Program-made: the position numbers and the translations under genes | Assembly (NCBI GenBank): GCA_964484515.1 | Contig: CAZAGT010000005.1 | Span: 1-41,531, forward strand | DNA length: 41,531 nt | Reading direction: 5' to 3' | Source of the DNA: an uncultured Desulfobacteraceae bacterium | GTDB lineage: Bacteria; Desulfobacterota; DSM-4660; Desulfatiglandales; HGW-15 | Shown here: in pieces, positions 34,347-41,531 of the stretch | Layout of the letters: each line of letters starts with the position of its first letter | Position numbering within the stretch: the stretch's first letter is position 1 | The notes under the pieces: model-generated | Seen by the model: the letters and a program-made list of their open reading frames with translations, nothing else | The model's database searches: none | Told to the model about the DNA's origin: nothing

Positions 34347-34688
34347 ACTATACCTCCCTCCTTTCCTCCATTCGCTGCCGGCAGACTCAGCGTCGCCTCC
34401 CCTGTCAGACCGCTTGAGGGCTCACACGCCTTTTCACGAACGGCGCTAAGAGTACGCCATATTCCGCGGTCGGGCAACAGAATCATGATCCCCCCACCAG
34501 ACACCTCTTCCTCCGCCTCCTCAGATCCACGAAAACGGCCCTTACGGCTTTTATCACTACAATAATGTAAACTATTATAATTAAAGTTACATAAATGTAT
34601 ATCTAGAAATTTGCAAATTGCGCCCTTTTTCAAAATCAAAAGAAATGATTCCAGGATGTTAGGTGAGATCTCGCGTTCATGCTGATTT

Positions 34689-34704
34689 TGGCACAGCGCT
34701 TGCC
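34689..34704 (+). promoter_or_regulatory. sigma-54 (-24/-12) promoter for glnK-amtB
   Basis: TGGCACagcgcTTGCc matches TGGCAC-N5-TTGC exactly. It lies about 150 nt upstream of glnK, downstream of an AT-rich region. Confidence 0.65.
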
Positions 34705-34723
34705 CTAGTGAACCGCTCATTGA

Positions 34724-35191
<468 letters not shown>

Positions 35192-35209
35192 AAAGGGAGG
35201 TACACGCAG

Positions 35210-36541
35210 ATGAAAGCGACTCTTCTATGCGCGCTCAGCGCGTTGATTGTGGTCAGTCGGGCTTGGGCCGGCGACGAGCCGCCCTCGGTCACCGGCAATA
35301 AGGAGGCCATCGACCTGGTGCAGTCCCATTTGGACTATGTCTGGACTTTGGTGGCGGCGGTTCTCGTGTTTTTCATGCAGGCCGGGTTCGCCATGGTGGA
35401 GGCCGGGTTCACCCGCGCCAAGAACGCCATTAACATCATGATGAAGAACCTGATGGATTTTTCGATGGGCTCGCTTTCTTACTGGGCCCTGGGCTTCGGC
35501 CTCATGTTTGGGGTGTCGAAGTCGGGCTGGATCGGGACGTCCGGCTTTTTTCTGAGCGATTTCCACGCCGGAGGCGACCCTTGGGTCCTGGCCTTTTGGA
35601 TGTTTCAGGTGGTCTTCGCCGCCACGGCCGCGACCATCGTCTCCGGCGCCATGGCCGAGCGGACTAAGTTTTCAGGCTACCTCCTTTACAGCATCTTTAT
35701 CAGCGGACTGATCTATCCCATCTTCGGCAGTTGGGCCTGGGGCGGCCTCTACAAAGGAGGCGGGTGGCTGGAAAACTTGGGCTTCATCGACTTTGCAGGC
35801 TCCACCGTGGTCCATTCGGTCGGCGGCTGGGCCGCCCTGGCCGGGGCCATCGTCCTGGGGCCACGCCTCGGGAAGTACACCAAGGAAGGCGGCATTCGCC
35901 CGATCCTCGGCCACAACCTGCCCTTGGCCGCTTTGGGGGTCTTCATTCTCTGGATGGGGTGGTTCGGGTTCAACCCCGGCTCCACGACCGCGGGAAATAA
36001 AGACATTGCCATGATCTTTGTCAACACCAACCTGGCCGCCGCCGCCGGGGCGGTGCTCGCCATGTTGACCTCCTGGATCAAATTCGGCAAACCTGAAGTG
36101 GGCATGAGCCTCAACGGCGCCCTAGCGGGGCTGGTCGCCATCACAAGTCCTTGTGCCTCAGTCTCGCCCCTCAGTTCCGTCATCATCGGCGCAATCGCCG
36201 GCATCATCGTCGTCCTCTCGGTCCTCTTCTTTGACCGCATCAAGGTCGACGACCCCGTCGGCGCTATCTCGGTCCACGGCGTCAACGGTGCCTGGGGCAC
36301 CCTGGCGGCCGGCATTTTTAACATGGGCGGGACATCGGCCAAGATCATCGGTGTCCAGCTCCTCGGGATCGGGACGGCCTTTGTCTGGACGTTCACCACG
36401 GCCTTTCTCCTGTTCAAGCTCATCGACGTGACAATCGGTCTTCGGGTTACGGCCCAAGAGGAGGCCGAGGGATTGGACTATGGTGAACACGGAGGCAACG
36501 CCTACCCGGATTTTGCTGTCTCAGCCTACGCCCAGCAGTAA
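35210..36541 (+). CDS. amtB: ammonium transporter
   Basis: Signal peptide plus the Amt signature (DFAGSTVVHSVGGWAALAGA, GVHGVNGAWGTLA). Confidence 0.95.
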   Translation: MKATLLCALSALIVVSRAWAGDEPPSVTGNKEAIDLVQSHLDYVWTLVAAVLVFFMQAGFAMVEAGFTRAKNAINIMMKNLMDFSMGSLSYWALGFGLMFGVSKSGWIGTSGFFLSDFHAGGDPWVLAFWMFQVVFAATAATIVSGAMAERTKFSGYLLYSIFISGLIYPIFGSWAWGGLYKGGGWLENLGFIDFAGSTVVHSVGGWAALAGAIVLGPRLGKYTKEGGIRPILGHNLPLAALGVFILWMGWFGFNPGSTTAGNKDIAMIFVNTNLAAAAGAVLAMLTSWIKFGKPEVGMSLNGALAGLVAITSPCASVSPLSSVIIGAIAGIIVVLSVLFFDRIKVDDPVGAISVHGVNGAWGTLAAGIFNMGGTSAKIIGVQLLGIGTAFVWTFTTAFLLFKLIDVTIGLRVTAQEEAEGLDYGEHGGNAYPDFAVSAYAQQ

Positions 36542-36630
36542 ACCGGAGAGCGGCTTGCGGCCCACTCTCACTCTTCGGATATGCAGGTTGATCGGAGGTC
36601 TTTTCGGCCAGCCTTGCCGCCTAGGAGTTC

Positions 36631-37749
36631 TCAAACCTCTGCGATGACGTCACCGGTTTGCGAGGAGTCATAACCGGGAAGGCTTGCGAGTTCCTCTCGT
36701 AGACGATTTGTTTGCAGGGTATCCAGGATGATTCTGATGGCGGGGTGATCCATGAGGTCACAAGGGATGACCAGGTCGCAACGGGCCGCCTCGAGCGGAA
36801 CGAATCCCAGACCGAAGGGAGCGGCCACGGCCCTGAGGCCCAAGGCCGCGTCGGCCGAACGATCGGCCACCATCTGAGCCCCTTCGAGATGGCTCGATAC
36901 GAGATTCGCGTAACCGGCTATGTGCTCAGGTGATACCCCGGCGCGGTCCAGATAATCATCCAAGAGGGTCCGCAGGGCCGCGCCGGGCTCACGATTGACG
37001 AGGCGCACGCCTGCTTGGGCCAGATCGGCTGCGGTTCTGATCGCCAAGGGGTTATCAGGAGCGACCATCAAACCCTCCTCAACCCGGGAAAACCCTACGA
37101 GGAGCGCCTTCGACCCCAGGAGCATCCGCTTTGCCAACCGGACGTTCGATTCCATGGTCCCGGTGTTGTGCAGGTGGGTTCCGGCAAGATGAGCACGGCC
37201 TGCCGCCAGCAGCTCCAAGGCACGGTGACTTGATGCAAACCGCCAGTGGACACTGATCTCCGGGGCGTTGCGTAAGACGTGTTCCCTCAAGATCGAGAAG
37301 GCCGGGTCACAACCCAACAGAAAAACCGACCTTTCAGGGACTTCCTCCGAGCAAAGCAAACGCACCCTGGACCCGTTCGGCTCGAGCAGGCCTTGCGCCG
37401 CCTGGAAACCGTCATTCAGGGCGTGCTTGCCCGCCAGGGAATAGGCGGTAAGGCGTCCCCTCACCTTGGCCACCGCGACGCGGGGGCTGTCCTCGTTCGG
37501 TTTGTCGGAGACCGTGACCGGCTGTGCCTCCTCGGAGGTGTGTTCGGAGAAAAGATCCTCCACCTTGCACCCCAAATGCCTTGCCAACTTCAGCGCTACC
37601 GCCGTATTGGGCAGATACCTCCCCGACTCGATGTCGTAGATGGCCTGCCGCCTTACGCCCACCCATTCCGCCAGTTGGCCTTGCGTCAGCCCCCTTGACT
37701 GCCGCATCGATTTGAGGTGACACACCAAGGGTTCGGACCGTCTCTTCAT
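36631..37749 (-). CDS. XRE-family HTH regulator fused to a periplasmic-binding-protein-like (molybdate/tungstate-type) domain
   Basis: HTH LKSMRQSRGLTQGQLAEWVGVRRQAIYDIESGRYLPNTAVALKLARHLG, then a PBP-like domain of about 260 aa. ATG at 37749 (the track GTG 37764 is also possible). Last gene of the mod operon. Confidence 0.75.
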   Translation of the reverse strand: MKRRSEPLVCHLKSMRQSRGLTQGQLAEWVGVRRQAIYDIESGRYLPNTAVALKLARHLGCKVEDLFSEHTSEEAQPVTVSDKPNEDSPRVAVAKVRGRLTAYSLAGKHALNDGFQAAQGLLEPNGSRVRLLCSEEVPERSVFLLGCDPAFSILREHVLRNAPEISVHWRFASSHRALELLAAGRAHLAGTHLHNTGTMESNVRLAKRMLLGSKALLVGFSRVEEGLMVAPDNPLAIRTAADLAQAGVRLVNREPGAALRTLLDDYLDRAGVSPEHIAGYANLVSSHLEGAQMVADRSADAALGLRAVAAPFGLGFVPLEAARCDLVIPCDLMDHPAIRIILDTLQTNRLREELASLPGYDSSQTGDVIAEV

Positions 37750-38018
37750 GGCATCTCTCTCCACACCGATCCTTCCGCGTAAATAAACTGTCGCAAAGCC
37801 CGCTGCTCGGAGGATGATCCAAAACCGCTCATCTGCTGTTCGACAGGCCGTTCGGCAGGCTCACGGTCCTGAGCTGAGTCGAAGGACTCACGGCCTGAGC
37901 GACGCCGAAGGGATGATCTATCTTCATCGCTCGTCACTGGGGAGTCGTCAAGGCGCAAACGGTGGAAGGCCGTGACGGCGGGCAACAGCACCAGGCTCCA
38001 AAGGGATTTGCGCTGCAT
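37746..38018 (-). CDS. hypothetical 90-aa ORF between modC and the regulator
   Basis: ATG at 38018, 6 nt after AAGGAGG. Its TGA overlaps the regulator ATG as ATGA. The N-terminus MQRKSLWSLVLLPAVTAF is signal-like. The middle third is encoded by a REP-like insertion. Confidence 0.35.
   Translation of the reverse strand: MQRKSLWSLVLLPAVTAFHRLRLDDSPVTSDEDRSSLRRRSGRESFDSAQDREPAERPVEQQMSGFGSSSEQRALRQFIYAEGSVWREMP
37839..37912 (+). repeat. REP-like 'FDRL..LS.AEG' intergenic repeat (about 1.5 units)
   Basis: ttcgacagg..ggcaggctcacggtcctgagc..gaagg..ctcacggcctgagcgacgccgaaggg is related, in inverted orientation, to 17921-17960 (gcccttcggctttgctcagggccgtgagcctgtcgaacgg). It lies within a 99-nt segment flanked by 8-bp direct repeats GGATGATC (37812-37819 and 37911-37918). 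Confidence 0.55.
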
Positions 38019-38137
38019 GCTTCTCCTCCTTTTATGCTCCCAGTCAGGGTATCATATTGGGTCTTTGAAACACCTCCACGGACGAAACACGTTTCGACGA
38101 ATTTCAAAAGACGAAACGGTGCCCCCGGCATGTCGCT

Positions 38138-39226
38138 CTATTCTTCTTCCTGCTCGAAGACGCCGCGTGAGACGGCAACGCTCTTGACCAAGGCATAGAC
38201 CGGCTTTCCGGGCCTGAGGTCGAGATCCCCCTTGGCCCGCACCGTAATCCTGGCCAACAGCGGGACTCCGATGTTCAAACGCACATCCACCAAAGGGCCG
38301 CGATGCGCAAGTATCGTTTCGACTGTTCCCGGAAGGATGTTTTGAATGGTGGTTCGGCATGGCTCGACCAAGGCGATGCCCACATCACCGGCTTCAATGC
38401 GGACGCGCGTTTGCGCCCCTTTGGGGAGATCAAAGTGCGGGACCTTCAGCATGCCGCCGGGAAAGCGAAGATGCGTCAATCCATTGAGATGATTCTCGAC
38501 CACCGTCCTGATCACCGCCCCATAGTTTGAAACGCCGGTCACCCCTTGGAGGTCGATCCGGCTCATGAGGTCTTCGATCCTGCCTGCAGCCACGACCCGA
38601 CCCGATTCCATCACCAGGATGCTGTCGGCCAGGTTGAGGATTTCGTTCAAAGAGTGGCTGACGTAGAAGATTGGAATCGACAGCTCCTTGGACATCCGTG
38701 CAATAAAGGGCAGTACTTCCGACTTGCGCGCCCTGTCGAGGGAGGCAAGCGGCTCGTCCATGAGCAGCAATGAAGGACTGGCCAGCAGTGCCCGGCCGAT
38801 GGCGATCCGTTGTTTCTCTCCGCCGGAAAGCTTGGCCGGCCGGCGGCTGAGCAGTTGCCCGATACCCAGGAGTTCGACGACCTGATCGAATTTCAGATAG
38901 CGTTCCGAAGGCGGGGTAAGCCGCATGCCGTACGTCAGGTTGGAGCGGACCGAGAGGTGAGGAAACAGGCGGCCGTCTTGGAAGATATAGCCGATCCGGC
39001 GCCTTTCGGGTCGGACGTCAATCCCTCTGGCCGAATCGAAGAGCCGCTGCCCGTTCACGAGGATGTGCCCTTTGTCAGGGCGAACAAGCCCGGCGATCAT
39101 GTTGACAAACGACGTCTTCCCGGCGCCGGAGCGCCCGAATAAGGCTGTGATCCCCACCTCTTCCGAACGAAACGCCGTATCGACAAAAAAATCGCCCTGT
39201 CTCTTTTCGACCCGCACATCGAACAT
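38138..39226 (-). CDS. modC: molybdate ABC transporter ATP-binding protein with a C-terminal TOBE/Mop domain
   Basis: Walker A GRSGAGKTS, signature LSGGEKQR, Walker B LLLMDEP, and a C-terminal TOBE-like domain of about 130 aa. Confidence 0.9.
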   Translation of the reverse strand: MFDVRVEKRQGDFFVDTAFRSEEVGITALFGRSGAGKTSFVNMIAGLVRPDKGHILVNGQRLFDSARGIDVRPERRRIGYIFQDGRLFPHLSVRSNLTYGMRLTPPSERYLKFDQVVELLGIGQLLSRRPAKLSGGEKQRIAIGRALLASPSLLLMDEPLASLDRARKSEVLPFIARMSKELSIPIFYVSHSLNEILNLADSILVMESGRVVAAGRIEDLMSRIDLQGVTGVSNYGAVIRTVVENHLNGLTHLRFPGGMLKVPHFDLPKGAQTRVRIEAGDVGIALVEPCRTTIQNILPGTVETILAHRGPLVDVRLNIGVPLLARITVRAKGDLDLRPGKPVYALVKSVAVSRGVFEQEEE

Positions 39227-39229
39227 GGG

Positions 39230-39928
39230 TCAGCCTCTAAGGCGAACAGCAAAGCGCCGTGCCAGCAGTTCGGAGCCAACCAGCGCAACTAAGGAAGTCG
39301 CTACGCAGATAAGACACAACCGCATAGCGCCCAGCTCGCCCCCGGGAACCTGGGTGAGCGTGTAAAGGGCCAAAGGGAGGGTCTGAGTCTCACCCCGGAT
39401 GTTCGATACGAACGTGATCGTCGCGCCGAATTCACCCAGACTGCGGGTAAACGCGAGGATGAGCCCTGCGATAATGCCTGGGGTGACCAAAGGAAGCGTG
39501 ATGGTGAAAAACACACGCAGCGGTCCTGCGCCGAGGGTGCGGGCGGCATACTCCAACTTTTGATCCACCCCTTCGAAGGAAAGCCGAACTGCACGCACCA
39601 AGAGGGGAAAGCCCATGACTGCCGCCGCCAGGGACGCCCCTTTCCAGTTGAAGGCCAAGCTGATCCCCAGGGTTTCGTGGAGCCACTCCCCGATGATGCC
39701 CTTGCGGCCGAAGACGACCAGCAACAGGTAGCCGATGGCGACAGGCGGCAACACGAGCGGTAGATGGACGAGCCCGTCCACGAGGGTCTTGCCCGGGAAT
39801 CTCAGGCGCGCCAGGATCCAGGCAAAGAGGATTCCCACGGGCAGGCTGCCCGCCACTGCCCAACCGGAGACCCAAAGGCTCAACCGAAACGCCTCAACTT
39901 CGATCGGAGTCAGGCCCAGCACATTCAT
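39230..39928 (-). CDS. modB: molybdate ABC transporter permease
   Basis: Six-TM permease with an EAA-type loop (EYAARTLGAGPLRVFFTITLPL). Its start overlaps the modA stop (TGATG). Confidence 0.9.
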   Translation of the reverse strand: MNVLGLTPIEVEAFRLSLWVSGWAVAGSLPVGILFAWILARLRFPGKTLVDGLVHLPLVLPPVAIGYLLLVVFGRKGIIGEWLHETLGISLAFNWKGASLAAAVMGFPLLVRAVRLSFEGVDQKLEYAARTLGAGPLRVFFTITLPLVTPGIIAGLILAFTRSLGEFGATITFVSNIRGETQTLPLALYTLTQVPGGELGAMRLCLICVATSLVALVGSELLARRFAVRLRG

Positions 39929-40707
39929 CAGCGTACCTTGAAGCCGTAGTTCTCGAAGATCGCCTGCGATGTAATCGTTCGGAGGAAATCCAGAAATCCT
40001 TCGGCATTCGGGGACCTTCGGCCGGCAACGATCGCCACGGGATAGACGATGGGAGCGTGGCTGCCTTGCGGAAAAAGGCCCACGACCTTGGCCTTGCCAC
40101 TCATGGCCGCATCGGTGGCATATACGATACCCAGGGGCACCTCGCCACGCTCAACCAGCGCTAATGCCGCCCGAACGTCTTTCGCACGCGCCACTCTGCC
40201 CGCGACTGCTTGCCATACGCCCAACTTTTCCAGGGCCTGCCTGCCGTACATGCCGGCGGGCACGTGGTCGGGGTCGCCCATGGCCAACCATCCGTCTTGC
40301 AGTCGTTTTGCGAGCTCGAAGCTGGGGTGGACATCGATTTGGGTGATCTCGCTGTCGAGAGGGGCGATCAGGACAATGCTGTTGCTCAGGAGGTCCAACC
40401 GCGTAGCCGAATCGATCAGGCCTTCTTCCTCCAGATAGTCCATCCACTCCTTGTTGGCTGAAATGAAGACATCGGCCGGAGCCCCGTTCTCGATCTGCTT
40501 GGCCAGGGTCGAGGAGGATGCAAAGGCAACGACGATTCTTAGATGTCGTTCAGCGGTAAGGAGACGGACGATCTCGGTTACGGCATTGGTCGTCGACGCC
40601 GCGGCAAAGACCGTGATGGAATCTGAGTCCGCCGCCGCGACCACGCCGGGCGATCCGAAAAGCAAGATTGCGCACCATACGGCCCAACAAGGCCAAGCCC
40701 GTTTCAT
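39928..40707 (-). CDS. modA: molybdate/tungstate periplasmic binding protein
   Basis: Signal peptide MKRAWPCWAVWCAILLFGSPGVVAA and the ModA pattern (ITVFAAAS..., FASS..LA.QIENGAPADVFISA, GIVYATDA). ATG at 40707, 8 nt after GAGGAG. Confidence 0.9.
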   Translation of the reverse strand: MKRAWPCWAVWCAILLFGSPGVVAAADSDSITVFAAASTTNAVTEIVRLLTAERHLRIVVAFASSSTLAKQIENGAPADVFISANKEWMDYLEEEGLIDSATRLDLLSNSIVLIAPLDSEITQIDVHPSFELAKRLQDGWLAMGDPDHVPAGMYGRQALEKLGVWQAVAGRVARAKDVRAALALVERGEVPLGIVYATDAAMSGKAKVVGLFPQGSHAPIVYPVAIVAGRRSPNAEGFLDFLRTITSQAIFENYGFKVR

Positions 40708-41057
40708 CGGTCTTGCTCCTCTTCTATCGAGGTCGCCGCCCGACATATCCGACCGTCTTGGCGTTGACGCGATGGGGTTTTTCCTTTGCCTTCCCGCCGG
40801 TATTTTGGTTGACCGATGTCATTTAAAAACGACATATGACGCTTAAATGAATACGATATCGATCTTTCGGATGTCAAGCGTTGTTTTTGATAAACCCATG
40901 TCAAAGATCAGAGCGATGACTTCAACACGCGTTCTTTTCGGGCACAGCGACGTCCCACATGTAATCTCCTGGTCGTCCCGTCATAAGGTGTTTTTCTTAG
41001 TCATTATGCGTCTTTTCTAGCCATTTTTATTTTTTGCCCAATTTATAAAAAATAGTA

Positions 41058-41087
41058 TTGACAAAATACCACTTATAGACATAGAAA
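41058..41087 (+). promoter_or_regulatory. sigma-70 promoter candidate preceding a roughly 390-nt leader
   Basis: TTGACA (41058-41063), an 18-nt spacer, then TAGAAA, behind a long A/T-rich UP-like tract (41020-41057). Confidence 0.35.
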
Positions 41088-41488
41088 ACCTATTGCGTGA
41101 GTTCGATGTCCCTGTGCTATGCGATCCATTTCACGGCTGAGTTACCAAGGTTACGAATCCAGGCTGCCCAGCCCTGGCCCTTGGTATCCATTCATTTTGG
41201 GGTGAACAAAATGACCGGCTCGGGCCCACGGACTCGCGCACCTTACCCCCCACTCTGCCCCAGATGATGCTCCATTTACGGAGACTGTGTATATGATGGC
41301 TTCCCGGATGCTCCTGAGGCCGATTTTCCGGCGGCTTCTAAAGAAGGCCTAAGGCTATCTTGAAAGGAGCTGGAACCCCTGCTCATTTCAGGACATTAGA
41401 ATGTCTCAGTGGTTGCGACGTCCGATCCGACGCCGCAGGTGAGATCTGTTAACCATTAACCGGGAGTGCTTCCCATAAGGAGGAGTCT

Positions 41489-41531
41489 ATGGCCAAGGAG
41501 AAGGACGAGAAGAGATGCCAGGGGCAGCACG
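41489..41531 (+). CDS. 5' end of an unidentified gene (MAKEKDEKRCQGQH...)
   Basis: ATG 5 nt after AAGGAGG. The frame is open to the window edge, and 14 codons are too few to identify the product. Confidence 0.4.
   Translation, partial: MAKEKDEKRCQGQH

Noticed and set aside
35749-36423. 224-aa reverse ORF inside amtB
   Set aside because: Antisense shadow of a highly conserved transporter gene.
39432-39875. 147-aa reverse ORF in an alternative frame of modB
   Set aside because: R/G/P-rich and off-frame. The modB frame has the permease TM pattern and an EAA loop.
41150-41185. Cobalamin-riboswitch-like string GGTTACGAATCCAGGCTGCCCAGCC
   Set aside because: The conserved GGGAA region and the B12 box (GCCACTG) are not visible nearby. 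Kept only as an alternative to test under the leader finding.

Overview
This 41.5 kb chromosomal window comes from what looks like an anaerobic, Desulfobacterota-like bacterium. That assignment is inferred from gene content only: a tungsten-type AOR, a DsrMK-like module, sigma-54 signalling and 'FDRLTALSKAEG'-type intergenic repeats. I support about 36 protein genes and found no rRNA, tRNA, CRISPR array, transposase, integrase or phage genes.

Gene order, left to right:
- (1) A DeoR-controlled polyol/pentose catabolic locus: ABC solute-binding protein, acetoacetate-decarboxylase-family protein, DeoR, Zn-ADH, SDR, cupin, ALDH and xylulokinase.
- (2) A MoaD-like protein plus aldehyde:ferredoxin oxidoreductase, with their own promoter.
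- (3) A repeat-rich peptidoglycan-binding lipoprotein, a secreted S1 protease and OsmC.
- (4) A PAS / PAS-PAS-DHp operon whose kinase lacks a catalytic domain.
- (5) A decayed zone holding a redoxin gene remnant, interspersed repeats, an Fsr-like MFS gene and about 670 nt of unexplained non-coding DNA.
- (6) The most interesting block: MarR, DsrE-like, TusA, NarI/DsrM-like cytochrome b, DsrK/HdrD-like CCG iron-sulfur protein and a second DsrE-like protein, followed 20 nt later by a membrane class III nucleotide cyclase.
- (7) A signalling island: a receiver-less LuxR remnant, a HAMP-only membrane protein, and a GspG-like pseudopilin co-transcribed with a Cache-HAMP-GAF-HD-GYP sensor. This sits divergent from a paralogous Cache-HAMP-GAF histidine kinase.
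- (8) Aldo/keto reductase, then a sigma-54 promoter, a coupled uORF, glnK and amtB.
- (9) modABC, a small coupled ORF and an XRE-PBP regulator.
- (10) A roughly 390-nt structured leader in front of a gene that starts at the right edge.

All calls come from reading motifs in the supplied translations and the DNA by eye. No database search was run.
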